A stretch of 64,000 nt of DNA from Eledone cirrhosa (taxonomy: Eukaryota), in NCBI GenBank assembly GCA_964016885.1, contig OZ024751.1, forward strand, positions 35,588,001 through 35,652,000, written 5' to 3'. Shown in pieces: positions 13,561 through 27,652 of this stretch. The position numbers and the translations under genes were made by a program. A model generated the notes under the pieces. That model did no database searches. It was not told where the DNA came from and saw only the letters and a list, made by a program, of their open reading frames with translations. Positions within the stretch are counted from its first letter, which is position 1, and the number at the start of each line of letters is the position of its first letter.

Positions 13561-15504
13561 TATACACGCACACATGTGTCTGTGTGTATATCATGACTCG
13601 TACACTGTTCACTTTCCTGACATTTTTACATTATTCTATGTACTATACATACACCTTTAATGAGTTGTAGTGCACCTGAGCACTGTACACAATAATATTT
13701 ATTATATATACACACACGCATGTGTGTGTGTATATGTATCATGACACATACACTGTTCACTTTCCTGACATTATTCTATGTACTATACATACACCTTTGA
13801 TGAGTTGTAGTGCACCTGAGCTCTGTACACAATAATTTTAATTTACTGGGTCTATAAAATAAAGTACCAGTAATGCACTGGGGTAATAGCTGGCCTTGTG
13901 CCAAAAGTAGAAACAATTATTATCATTATCTGATTGTATTTCTTACATTAATGTAATATTTTCAAGAAAGAAAAACAAAATCAAAATATTTTTCAAGGGC
14001 GATAACTCTTGCAATCTTTATTTCAAGGGAAGTAATTGAGTTAGTGTGTGTGTGTGTGTATGTGTGGGAGAGAGAGAGATCTGTAATTACTGTACATATA
14101 GTTATGTGAACCTGTAAAAGTAGATGTGATACCAGTAACATTTCCCTGAAATACCATTACTGTGGAAATACCAAAATACCATCCAAGTTCAACCAAAATA
14201 GAATTTATAATAGTAATAAGATCGCTTAAACATTTGACTGTAGAACAGACCGTGAATCATCGGCACTAGTCATCACAATGGTCTTTGATTTAGACACAAG
14301 GCCAACAATTTTGGGGAAAGGGAAAGTCGATTAAATCTACCCCAGTGTATTACTGGTACTTTATTTTATTGAACCCGTAAGGATGAAAGACAAAGCTAGC
14401 CTTGGTGGAATTTGAACTCAGAACGTAAAGAGCCGTAACTCTATTCCGCTAAGCATGTTGTCCGATAGTTTCCGATTGCTATTACATTTATATCAGATAG
14501 ACATACATAGAATCAATCAATTATTGTTAGGGAACTTATAAATATAATACATACAAATATATAACTCAAAGCGAGAGAAAAATAACGAAGCTTCAATTGA
14601 ACAGTAAATGCGTCAATCGATGACAGACCAGAGGAGATCAACAGTACTTTTTGAGGCTAGCCAATACGTTGGTAGCATTACCACGGGAGATGGTGAGGCT
14701 AAGGCCTTAAAACAACCAAGTATACAGTTTCTGATTTAGGCACAACAATAATAATAAGTCTGTCCCAAGCCCGGTGCTTTATCCTGCTTTCATCGGCGTC
14801 AAGTGACTGGGAGTACACGTCTGTCTCCTGGCTAGGACGATAGTCCATTACAAAGCTAACCCACACCCCCCGCTACTGCTTGTGTAAAGTAAATTTTGGT
14901 GTTTTGCTCAAGGACATAAGGCACCACCCGGTCCAGGAATCGAATCCACGATATTTAAACAGAGGTTTGGCTGCTATTTTTAGCAGGTCAACTAGCCATG
15001 TAATGTAGTAGTAGTAGTAGTAGTGGTGGTGGTATCGACAATAGTAGTAGTAGAGGTATCGACAGTGGCAGTAGTAGTAGTCGTGGTTGTAGCAGCAGAA
15101 GTAGAGATTTGGCTGCTATTTTTAGCAGATCAAATGACCAGGTTACAGAAATTAGTAGTAGTATTAGAATTCAATAGTGATTTGGCTACTATTTCTAATG
15201 GGTCAAACGACCTGTACTAATGCTTATTAGCACTATTAGAAGTGGTGGTGGGGTTAGGACATAGTAGTAGTAGCTACAACATCAGCAGTAACATTAACAA
15301 CATTATCAGTAGTAGTAGCAACAGAAGTAGTGTTTCTCTGTTTATTTCGTGAGCTATTTCCAGAAATCGATATGCAATAAACGGCGGATATTTTACCAAA
15401 CAGTCCATATCTCTTAACTCTAAAACACATTGCTTGCAGTTTTGCAAGCCGGCATTTTATAACAGGGACCACCCATATATATATACATATATACACACAC
15501 ACAC

Positions 15505-15556
<52 letters not shown>

Positions 15557-15595
15557 TGTTTCGATTTGTGCAGGATCAATCAGTATCTGTGTGTG

Positions 15596-15653
<58 letters not shown>

Positions 15654-15771
15654 TTATATATATAATCCGTTGGGATTGTACTGTATAAACTCTACTCCCA
15701 CTGTACTTAGCTAAACATGTATCAAGTACTCCCCTGATTTGAAGTCTTCCCGGTCCACGAACCGTCAACGA

Positions 15772-15830
<59 letters not shown>

Positions 15831-16154
15831 TACATACACTATACACATGTATGTATATATTCTTGTGTTGTGGAACTAAACTAACGTACTTGGATTATTA
15901 CTATACCGGTTTTTATTCTAACATCGTGGATTTTCCGTTCTAACTCAGGTAAATATATACGTAGATACCGCTATTATACAGGTAAACACATACACACACA
16001 CACACATATATATATTATAAGGAGTCGGGGGCCCGACGGCTGAGCTCTTGCCGTTTCAACAGCTAGTTCCAGACTATTTAAATATATAAAAAGATAAGGG
16101 AGTTTTCCCCTGTCTGATGGGAAAATTGAACTAAATTTGTACTCCGTCCTTGCC

Positions 16155-16212
<58 letters not shown>

Positions 16213-16758
16213 TGTGTGTAGATGTCTAATTATATACAGGTTAATATCTATATGTAATAAGAACGTAATATCTCCCGCTCTTTATAAAATCACAGAGTAC
16301 ATTTGTCAATCTATCTATCTATCTACCTACCTGTCTGTCTATTTTTCAATCTATCAATCAATCAATCAATCTATCTATGTATCTATCCCTCTATCTCTAT
16401 GAATCTATACACCTATCTCTATCTATCTATCCCTCTATCTCCATATTTATGGTAACTTCTATTCCATTTTCCGTCGTAAAAGTATCTCAAGGATTATTTT
16501 TAAACATTGGAAGGTTAAAAATATAAATCTGATTCATTTATTATATTTATATATTTTATATTTATCGATTTGTTATGTCTGTTTGATTATTCCGTCTTTT
16601 TATTGCTTTCGATTTTAGTTCAATAGGGAAATTAGTGAAATATAATTCAATATATATTGGAGCAGGTTGTGGTTGTGTTGTATGTTTGGTTATAGATCTC
16701 GAAACAATGGAAATTATCTTGTCCGATTCACTGGATTCTTTCGCATATTCCGTTCTTG

Positions 16759-16797
<39 letters not shown>

Positions 16798-16889
16798 CAC
16801 ACACACACACACACATATACAGGGGTGGAACATGCGAAATATATATATGTGTGTATGTATGTGTCAACATATATGTATATATAAATGTT

Positions 16890-16936
<47 letters not shown>

Positions 16937-17159
16937 ACACACACACACACATGTGTGTACAATAAATGAACCCCTACCCGAACAAACACTATTCTTAAAC
17001 CCGACTTTGACCCTTTTTTTCTTCTCTGATTAGCTTTTATTGATTTCTATCTTTACTTAATCATATATTTATACTAATTATATTGTGTTTATATGTTAAT
17101 AAAATATTAATTACCCTGAATTATTTCTACACTAACCGTAACGTGTATGTATACATATA

Positions 17160-17270
17160 TACAACAAGGTGCCCCCAAAATGTATACACATCTTTGATTT
17201 CCTGTACAAGCAATATTTATTAGAATGCTGTTGAAGTGTGTATACATTTTTTGGGGGACACCCTATGTAT
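17160..17270. mobile_element. Tc1/mariner-type MITE; related copy at 42440-42516
   Basis: Inverted ends of the type CAGGGTGTCCC...AAAATGTATACAC / GTGTATACATT...GGGACACC, with TA flanks. Confidence 0.6.
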
Positions 17271-17374
17271 ATATATATACATTTTATTTATAATATCTAC
17301 ACTCTACTCTGATGAATATCGAGTGCTAATTTTGGCATACCGCCTATGGAAGCACCATAGCTACCAATATACAC

Positions 17375-17414
<40 letters not shown>

Positions 17415-17989
17415 TATACAAAATCACTGAGCGGTAGATCCCAATTATATATACGTATTATATACACACACATACAATGAATCCGGTGAGTCGGACAAGA
17501 TATTTTTGCCTATTTCGAGATTTAATATATTTTCCATGTTGATTCCATGTTGATTCCTGTGTTTAAAGAAATCCCATCTAATACATTGTATACCTGTCTG
17601 TCTGTCTGTCAGAATAATTAGTTCTAAATAAAGCACAAGGCCAGCAATTTAGAGGAAGAGGGGATCTACTTACCTATTTCTCTGTCTGTCTACCTACCTA
17701 CCTATCTCTCTGTCCATCTATCTATCCATTTGTCTATCTACCTACCTAGCTACATATCTCTCTGTCTACCTATCTATCTACCTATCTCTCTGTCCATCTA
17801 TCTCTCCATTTGTCTATCTACCTATCTATCTACCTATCTCTCTGTCCATCTATCTCTCCATTTGTCTATCTACCTATCTACCTATCTCTCTGTCCATCTA
17901 TCTCTCCATTTGTCTATCTACCTATCTACCTATCTCTCTGTCCATCTATCTCTCCATTTGTCTATCTACCTATCTCTCTGTCCATCCAT

Positions 17990-18620
17990 TTTGGAAGAAG
18001 AATCAGGATGGAGAGAGAGGTGCTGTACCCCAGCAAATTCTATAAAAGGTGAGTGAATGTGGCAAAGATGGTCCGAGTGGTTGGGCCTTCTCTCTATATA
18101 AGCCTGTAGGTTGAGGAAGGGAGTACTCACTCTTGGTGCTCCTGGAGATGAGATGAGGGTTGTACATGTTTTCCGGGTGTGTACAACCCCTGTGTAACGC
18201 CTCCCTCCTATTGGGGATTTCAATTGTTATTTGTTATTTTATTAATAGTTTCATTTTCATATACCTGTATGTAAACTCCCCATTTGTATTTGTCCCCTTC
18301 TTTTGGCTCTTGTGGCTAATAAAGAAATCTATCTATCTACCTGTCCACCTATCTCTCCATCCATAAGATCAAGGGAGCAGCCCCTCTCTGTGCTCCTGAG
18401 GAGAAGGGTTGCACACTTTTTTCGGGGGTGTGTGCGACCCCCCAAGGCGCCTCCTCCCTATTGAGGATTTTGTTATTAAATTTATTTTTGTTATATTTTA
18501 TATATTATTTTTTATATCTTGTTATTGCCTCCTCCTTATTGAGGACGCCTTGTTATGTTAACTCCCCCCCATTATACTTGTCCCACTTTTTGATGCCCTG
18601 GTGGCAAATAAAAAGAAAGT
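17990..18620 (+). mobile_element. Two tandem 3' ends of an L1/Tx1-like LINE inside (CTAT)n repeats
   Basis: Two related segments (GTGCTCCTG...GGGTTG(T/C)ACA...CCCC...AATAAA). The first is preceded by a RIRMEREVL..F..R peptide remnant. Clade assignment is inferred. Confidence 0.45.
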
Positions 18621-19524
18621 TATCTATCTCTCTCTCCATCTATTTATCTCTCTCTCTCCATCTATCTACCTACCTACCTACCCATCTATCTCTCCATCTA
18701 TCTACCTATCTCCCCCCCCCCCGTGCCTTTTACTATCATTCCTGTTATCTGTCTGGTACAATAATAATAATAATTGTTTCTACGTTGATGTCTAATTATT
18801 TTTGGTTTATTTCCTCCACACAATGTTGTTGTTATTGTTGTTTGTCACGTTTTAAACATTGTACTTAGAACTTCACCAGCTATTTATTTATATCCAGTCT
18901 TACCGACCGAGCTTCCCAGCTTTTTATTTACTGTTATTCTCGTCTAAATACGCACACATACATATATATACGCACAAATCTACATAATTATATATATATA
19001 TATATATACACGCATGTACATACATAGATACCTGCATGCATACACTCAGATATATAATATACTTACACACACACACATATTTATATATACATACACACCT
19101 AGCTACCTACACCACAAGCACATGTATACATACATAGACATCTACATACCCACATGTATATATTTATATATACATACATACATACATACTCACCTAACTA
19201 CTTTCACACAAACACATGTATACATACTGATTAATTCAACAACACCGTCCTTCTCCGTGATAAATATACACTAAATACAACGATTTACCTCATTTCTAAC
19301 ATAGCAGCTAGACCTGGGGCAGTTCAGAGACACCACACGTACACACACACACATATATATACACATACATATACTTACACACACACACATACATATATAT
19401 ATATACACACGCACTCCTTATACTGTGGTATGATAATTCGGACATTATACAGGGAAACCACCGCCTCCTTTCTGGTCATTCGTCGACCTGCTAAAAATAG
19501 CAGCCAAATTCCTTCATTTATCTG

Positions 19525-19602
<78 letters not shown>

Positions 19603-20233
19603 AAGGGCTTACACAAAAAAAAACAACAAAAAACTACTGGATTGCTACGATTAGAGCTCCTTTGATCATTGATTCTTTCTGCTCTGTGTTTGTGGTGACA
19701 AATGGAATTTAACCTCTAAACGAATGAGTATGTATGTGACATAGTCCATCAATGAGAACATACCTAGGGTTAAACAACAACAGCAGCAACAACAGACAAG
19801 CATATATTATAGTATATATAACTACAATTAGATTCCACTCCTTGGTCGTTTAACCTACAAAAATAACAACATGTAGTTTACTGATGACGTTTTACAAGAA
19901 CAACACACTGCTACAACCCTATGCTCCCGCCTACATTATATAGCCATATTACTATAGTATCATCACCTTCTTGTCACCCCTCTATCTTAGGCTATGCTAG
20001 TGTTTGTTGGTCTCCACTAGTGACTGGCTGACTAGTTTGGGACATTTAGGACAGTCCATTATTCAACAAGAGGTGGGTATGTTTGTCAAGAGTGTTTACA
20101 TTCCACCACCTCTTCTCTCTCTCTCTGTCTGTCTCTCTCTCTCTGTCTCTGTCTCTCTCTCTCTGTCTCTGTCTCTCTCTCTCTCATTCTCCCTCTCTGT
20201 GTTTCTCTCTTCCCCTGTCTGTCTTTCCGTCCT

Positions 20234-20297
<64 letters not shown>

Positions 20298-21444
20298 TGT
20301 CTCACCGCCTCTCCTCCCCCTTTCTGTCTCTCTCTTGTAGGACTGACTGGCACCGTTTTCGAAACTTTAACTACATGTACTCACACACACATACATACAC
20401 ACTCACTGCACCATTATCGATTTCTTACGCAGGCAAATATCGATTTCTTAACGTTCTTACGTATGGGTGTAGGTGAAAATGAGAGTGTGGAACTTTCATG
20501 CCTTTCTCATGTGTTAGTGACGTAAGTGACTGCGGATTTATGTCGTCTGGGAGTTGGACATGTTATTGTTAGGAGTGTCTTCATCTTTACAAGGTCGATA
20601 AACTATCAGTAATGCACTGGGGTCGATTTAATCGACTTTTACCTCTACCTACTCTACCTATATAGGAAAACCATTATTAGGACAATGTCGGTAGAGCGCC
20701 GGACAACATGCTTTGCGGCATATAGTTACGGCCCTTTATGGTCTAAGTTCAAATCCCGCCAAGTTTAAACTTTGCCTTTCATCCCTACGTGGTCGATAAA
20801 ATAAAGTACCAGTAATGCACTGGGGATTTCGATAAAATTAAAGTTCCAGTAACATTATTAGGGTTTTGACACAAAGAGTTATGGCCCTTGCCATTCTGAG
20901 TTCAAATCCCGCCGAGGTTAACTTTACCTTTCATCCTTACGGGGTCGATAAAATAAAGTACCAGTAATGTACTGGAATAATTGCTGGCCTTGTGCCAAAA
21001 GTTGAAACAATTACTAGGAGAATGCAGAGAGTGGAGGGACACTTTCCTATGATCCCCTTTGTGTTCAGTGTTATTTTGGATCTGTAAGGTTCCCAAATGA
21101 CCCCTAGGTGGTGCCCCCCCCCCCTATCGGAGTTTTCTTATGAGACGAATTTTTCGTTGTCTTTTTTTTTTGTACCTGTTACCTTTTTTTGTTGTTGGAT
21201 ATTTATTGTTATATTTATTGATTTTGTTGATTGCAAACCCTTTTTTTTTTCTCGATATAAACCCATCTTTGTGTCGTCTCCCCCCTCCCCATCACACCCA
21301 ACCTTTTCGGCTCTTGGGGCCAATAATAGAAATCATCATCATCATCGTCGTTGTTGTTATTGTTATTATTATGTCTCACAGTATAGAGTTACTTGTTCAG
21401 ACGTTGCGCCAAGATTGATGACATTCTTGTTGACACTGACTATA

Positions 21445-23182
21445 AAACAACACCACCACCAACACCACTACCACCACCAACAACACCACTACCACCATTA
21501 CCACCACCAACAACACCACTACCACCAACAACACCACCAACAACACCACTACCACCAACAACACCACCAACAACACCACTACCACCAACAACAACACCAC
21601 TACCACCACCACCAACAACACCACTACCACCAACAACACCACTACCACCAACAACACCACCAACAACACCACTACCACCACCACCAACAACACCACTACC
21701 ACCAACAACACCACTACCACCATTAACACCACCAACACCACCACCACCAACAACACTACCACCACCACCACCAACAACACTACCACCACCACCATCAACA
21801 ACACCACCACCACCACCACCATCAACAACACCACCACTACCACCACCAACACCACTACCACCACCAACAATAACACTACCACCACCAACAACAATAACAA
21901 CACTACCACCACCACCGACACTATCACCACCACCACCAACACCACCACCAACAATAACACTACCACCACCAACAACAATAACAACACTACCACCACCACC
22001 GACACTATCACCACCAACACCACTAACACGACCAACACCACTACCACCACCAACACCACTACCACCACCAACACCACTACCAACAATAACACTACCACCA
22101 TCAACAACAATAACAACACTACCACCACCAACAACAACACCACCACCACTACCACCACCAACACCACTACCACCACCAACAATAACACTACCACCACCAA
22201 CAACACCACCAACAACACCACCAACAACACCACCAACAACACCACCAACAACACCACCAACAACACCACCACCAACAACACCACCAACAACACCACCACC
22301 AACAACACCACCACCAACAACACCACCACCACCAACAACACCACTACCACCAACACCACCAACAACACTACTACCACCAACAACAACACCACCACCACCA
22401 ACAACAACACCACTACCACCACCAACACCACTACCACCACCAACAATAACACTACCACCACCAACAACACCACCAACAACACCACCAACAACACCACCAA
22501 CAACACCAACAACAACACCACCAACAACACCAACAACAACACCACCAACACCACCACCAACAACACCACCACCACCAACAACACCACTACCACCAACACC
22601 ACCAACAACACTACTACCACCAACACCACCACCAACACCACTACCACCAACAACAACAACACCACTACCAACACCACCACCAACACCACCACCACCAACA
22701 ACACCACCACCACCAACAATAACACCACTACCACCAACACTACCACCAACTACACCACTACCACCACCAACAACAACACCACTACCAACACCACTACCAC
22801 CAACAACAACAACACCACTACCAACACCACCACCAACACCACCACCACCAACAACACCACCACCACCAACAATAACACCACTACCACCAACACTACCACC
22901 AACTACACCACTACCACCACCAACAACAACACCACTACCAACACCACCACCAACAACAACACCACTACCACCAACACCACCATCACCAACAACAACACCA
23001 CTACCACCATCACCACCACCACCAACAACAACACCACTACCACCAACACCACCATCACCAACAACAACACCACTACCACCATCACCACCACCACCAACAC
23101 CACCACCAACAACAACACCACTACCACCACCAACACCAACACCACCACCACCACCACCACTACCACCACCACCACAACACCA
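21445..23182. repeat. (CCA/CAA/CTA)n compound microsatellite
   Basis: Directly visible. The Pro/Thr ORF is an artefact. Confidence 0.92.
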
Positions 23183-23518
23183 TCTTGCTCTCTCTCTCTG
23201 CCTCTACTTCAGTTTCTTTCTCAATCTCCCTCTCTGACACTGTCTCTCTCTCTCTCTGACTCTATATTTCTCCCCCCCCCCGTCTCTCTCTGTCCCTTAT
23301 ATCATACACCTACGTGTACATGGACACATTACTCTGTCTACCTCTCCACATGGATACACACCCACTCACGGTCTCTTCATACCATCCTCACCCACCCTCC
23401 CACTCACCTCCTACCTGTGTAAGAAACCCCTCCCACTCACACTGTTAAGCTATCCTGAAGAACATATTCACAAGTAAACAATGCAACTCTTAGTTATTTT
23501 ATATACGTTTATGTGTGA

Positions 23519-23568
<50 letters not shown>

Positions 23569-23604
23569 GTAGACCCCCCCCCCTCCCTCGATATATGGAG
23601 AGAG

Positions 23605-23782
23605 GTGACCACAGTTAAAAAAAGGTACTCAATATGCTACTAGAGTACAGGCATATTTATTTTATTATAGAAATGACTTCTACAGGACTAGAACTGTTTC
23701 ATTTGTAAGAAATGATCATGATTTCTTAGAAATGAAACAGTTCTAGTCCTGTAGAAGTCATTTCTATAATAAAATAAATAAA
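23605..23782 (-). mobile_element. Family P3 element with fold-back; other copies at 25756-25955, 30170-30352, 30380-30500, 43921-44020 and 44810-44950
   Basis: Recurring GAAACAGTTCTAGTCCTGTAGAAG(C/T)C in inverted pairs, with TA-rich flanks. Confidence 0.7.
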
Positions 23783-24894
23783 TATATATATATACATGAT
23801 GGCTGCCCCTCTCGTTATCGAGTATGGCCATTGCATGATATACCATTATTAATAATTATTAATTAATTCTATCGTGCAATGCCTGTGCATGAAGATATTT
23901 TGTTAAAGTGAGGAAAGACTGTGCACTGAGCCAATCCCACTCTCTGAGAGACAGTAGCCATAACCTGAAAAGAAGAATCAACATCATCGGTAACTACTGA
24001 GCCACAGGTTTTATATCGGAGTCATCCCAGTTTCTTGAGTTGTCTTCTCCTAGATATATATATATCCCCCTTTGGACACTAATGACCATGGGATTTACAC
24101 CTAGAAAGTTCGCCTCCAAGGTAAAAATCTGGGGCAAGGTTTTTTTGTAGAAGACCAGTAGTCAGCCATGTATACCAGTCTCTCCAGGCGACCAATGTTG
24201 TCCCTATCTTGGCACCAGTGACATCACAATATACACTTTATATGATATTGTCTAGGGAAAGGCAATGGCTGATACAGCTTGGCACCAGTGATGTTACAGC
24301 TCATTTCTACAGCTGAGTAAACTGGAGCAACGTGAAAGTGAAGTGTCTTGCTCAAGGACACAATGCAAAACCCGGTCTGAGAATCAGACTCACAACCTTT
24401 CGATTGTAAGCCTGACACTCGAACCACTAAGTAGTAGTAGTAGTAGTAGTGGTGGTGGTTGTAGTAGTAGTAGTAGTAGTGTTGGTGGTAGTAGTAGCAG
24501 TAGTGGTGGTGGTGGTGGTAGTAGCTGTAGTATTAGTAGTAGTAGAGGTGGTAGTAGTAGTAGTAGTGGTGGTAGTAGTAGTAGTAGTGGTGGTAGTAGT
24601 AACTCTATGTATTGGGTTGTTATTTATTTTAGTGTTCAATAACCAATCAATATCACAACTTCACACTTCACTTCTTACTGACATCTGTTGCATACTGACT
24701 GTGTATATATGTGTATATATGTGTGTGTATATGTGTATATGTATGTGTTTATATGTGAACATGTGTATACATATATGTACACACACATGTAAATATACAC
24801 ATGTATACATATGCATGTAGACATATATGTAAACATACACATGTACACAAACACACACATACAAACATACACACACATATATATATATATATAT

Positions 24895-25100
24895 ATATTT
24901 ATTAAAATAACAGATTAAAGTTTAAGCAAAGAATCGCTGCTTTCAGAAGATCCCGTTAAGGGTGAAAGCAGCGATTCATTGCTTAAACTTTAATCTGTTA
25001 TTTTAATAAATATTTGCTCTATGGTTCTTATATATTTCATATAAATTTATCCTTATCGAGCCCTCTTTGGATTTTAGTCTTCACATTTATTATTATTACT
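24895..25100 (+). mobile_element. Family P4 element with fold-back; other copies at 3145-3245, 26223-26425, 28820-28945 and 45620-45790
   Basis: Recurring TTATCGAGCCCTCTTTGGATTTTAGTCTTCAC-ATTTATTATTATTACT abutting (TA)n. Confidence 0.68.
24941..24988 (+). ncRNA. Hammerhead-like fold with CAGAAGA core (family P4); sister copy at 26352-26404
   Basis: TTT-CAGAAGA-t-CCC-gttaa-GGG-t-GAA-AGCA...TGCT-T-AAAC. The sister copy shows stem I GAGTTT/AAACTT but has G12A. Confidence 0.5.
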
Positions 25101-25109
25101 ATATATATA

Positions 25110-25609
25110 TATATCGTTTCTGAATTTGTTTAGCAAGATTCTTTATCTGAAAACGTGTGTTGAAACCGATATTGTTATACTTTGGGAGGGTCATGTTGCC
25201 AATAAGAAACACATGCACCAGTTGCTTTCACTTCAATTTATTATAAATTAAATTTATAAATTTAGGAATTTATAAATTTCTGGTTGGTTGGTTGGTTCCA
25301 CAACCAGACGATTGTTCATATATTGTCAAAGTTCTTTCGTCACACATTCTGTGACCTCTTCAGTGACTGGGGATTCTTTTCTTTGTTTTTGTGCCTCTCC
25401 TTTGTTCTGTCCTACGCCATCTTGTTTTTGTGTGTGTTGTGACGAAAGAACTTTGACAATATATGAACAATCGTCTGGTTGTGGAACCAACCAACCGGAA
25501 ATTTATAAATTCCTAAATTTATAAATTTAATTTATAATAAATTGAAGTGAAAGCAACTGGTGCGTGTGTTTCTTATTGGCAACATGACCCTCCCAAAGTA
25601 TAACAATAT
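25110..25609 (-). mobile_element. Family P6 element with ~175-bp inverted arms (25169-25344 / 25438-25609)
   Basis: Near-perfect inverted repeat with a hammerhead fold at the arm/spacer junction. Both ends lie in (TA)n. Confidence 0.68.
25325..25367 (-). ncRNA. Minimal type I hammerhead ribozyme (family P6)
   Basis: Minus strand reads GTCA-CTGAAGA-g-GTCACA-gaatg-TGTGAC-GAA-AGAACT-T-TGAC. Confidence 0.7.
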
Positions 25610-25889
25610 ATATATATATATATATCACCTGTGCATCTATAGTCATCATCATCCTTTAACGTCCATCGTCCATGCTTACATGAGTTAGACAGGTCATCCA
25701 TGTCATTTGACAAGTCTGGCCAGATTGACTGAACCATATATATATACATGTTTATCCCGGGTTCAATCTGGGGTAACCACGTAAGTAAGGTACTCAATAC
25801 AAGGCAGAGTATAAATATTTAATGTAGAAATGGCTTCTACAGGACTAGAACTGTTTCATTCTGGAGAAATCATCAGGAACCCCAGTACA

Positions 25890-25940
25890 GGCTTCCTGAT
25901 GATTTCTCTGGAATGAAACAGTTCTAGTCCTGTAGAAGCC
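25890..25940 (+). ncRNA. Type I hammerhead ribozyme (family P3); a second copy lies on the - strand at about 25832-25882
   Basis: GGCTTC-CTGATGA-t-TTC-tctg-GAA-t-GAA-ACAG-ttctagtc-CTGT-A-GAAGCC. Predicted GUA cut after 25934. Confidence 0.78.
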
Positions 25941-26442
25941 TTTCTATATTAAATATATATATATATATTAGGTATTAGTTTAACAATGATAATAAGAAAG
26001 GTAAGTTATTTTACATATTTCTTTCATTGTTATTGTTACATTGTTAAACTAATATGTAATATACCAGACTCTGTATCTGAAGGATTGACTCAGTGAAACA
26101 TGGAATTTCTGGATCTCTCTGAACTACATGCTAATGGATTACATTGAGTTCTAACTATGGTATTGAGCCTACCATGAATACTAGACCACATTAAGTGTAT
26201 ATATATATATATATATATATATAGTAATAATAATAAATTTGAAGACTAAAATCCAAAGAGGGCTCGATAAGGATAAATATATATGAAATATGAACCGTAG
26301 AGCAAATATTTATATATTTGATATATATTTATCCTTATCGAGCCCTCTTTGGAGTTTCAGAAGATCCCGTTAAGGGTAAAAGAAGCGATTCTTTGCTTAA
26401 ACTTTAATTTGTTATTTTAATAACTATATATATATATATACA

Positions 26443-26758
26443 TGGAGGCACATGGCTTAGTGGTTAGAGCATTGGCCTTGCAATCGAAAGGTTGAGTTCA
26501 ATTCTCAGACCGGGTGATGTGTTGTTTCCTTGAGCAAGACACTTTATTTCACATTGCTCCAGTTTACTCAGCTGTAGAAATGAGTGGCTGCAAAGTGGTC
26601 GTGGAGGTGCCACGGCAAAAAAGCACCCAGCACTCACTGTAAATGAGGTTGGTGTTAGGAAGGGCATCCAGCTGTAGAAATCAAGCCAGAATCAGTTCCC
26701 GTCCCACCCTTGCAAGCAGGGAAAAGCGGACGTAAAATGGTGATGATGATGATTATGA
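26443..26758 (+). mobile_element. tRNA-derived CORE-type SINE with RTE-like tail; copies at 32346-32675 (+) and 24270-24430 (-)
   Basis: A box TGGCTTAGTGG, B box GAGTTCAATTC, CORE-like TTGAGCAAG...CAGTTTACTCAGCTGTAGAAATG, (GAT)n tail. Confidence 0.75.
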
Positions 26759-27039
26759 TATATATATATATATGTATGAGAGAGAGAAGGAGAGGGAATT
26801 GTGTGTATTTATAATCCATGGATGATAAACACACACAGACATAAGTTCCAAATCTCTCCCATCATGTTATTCTACATTAATCTCAGTCCAGCTATTTGTC
26901 TGGATTATGAGATTATCTGGTAATCTTACCAAATTATAGCCTGGCATATTGTCCTCAGAAGATTATCTTTCTCTGCTTTAAACCATCAGAGTTCTGTTGT
27001 AATCTCATACCAAACCACTGGAAACTGTCCCTGCTTTTA

Positions 27040-27652
27040 TGATGGTGTGGTTCAACTTGTACCACCATACCACCGGTTCTGTAGCAATGATGGTATGGTC
27101 CCACTTATACCACCATACCATCAGTTCTGTAGCAATGATGGTATGGTCCAGCTAGTACCACCAAACCATCAGTTCTGTAGCAATGATGGTATGGTCCAAC
27201 TAGTACCACCATACCACCGGTTCTGTAGCAACAGTGGTATGGTCCAACTAATACCACCATACCATCAGTTCTGTAGCAACAGTGGTATGGTATGGTCCAA
27301 CTAATACCACCATACCATCAGTTCTGTAGCAACAGTGGTATGATCCAACTAATACCACCATACCATCAGTTCTGTAGCAATGATGGTATGGTCCAGCTAG
27401 TACCACCATACCATCAGTTCTGTAGCAATGATGGTATGGTCCAACTAGTACCACCATACCACCGGTTCTGTAGCAACAGTGGTATGGTCCAACTAATACC
27501 ACCATACCATCAGTTCTGTAGCAACAGTGGTATGGTATGGTCCAACTAATACCACCATACCATCAGTTCTGTAGCAACAGTGGTATGGTCCAACTAATAC
27601 CACCATACCATCAGTTCTGTAGCAACAGTGGTATGGTCCAACTAATACCGCC
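27040..27652. repeat. 48-bp minisatellite, about 12.5 copies
   Basis: TGGTATGGTCCAACTAATACCACCATACCATCAGTTCTGTAGCAACAG repeated. Confidence 0.93.

Noticed and set aside
17309-17350. CTGATGA as a hammerhead core
   Set aside because: No correctly placed GAAA or stems. It sits in the loop of the ACTC...GAGT motif.
19882-19920. CTGATGA as a hammerhead core
   Set aside because: No GAAA or pairing stems.
21393-23237. Extensin/mucin-like Pro/Thr ORF (likewise 33105-36046 and 11080-11793)
   Set aside because: Trinucleotide microsatellite open in most frames, with no signal peptide or splice support.
26443-26515. tRNA gene
   Set aside because: A and B boxes are present, but the sequence continues into a SINE core and tail, and no proper cloverleaf forms.
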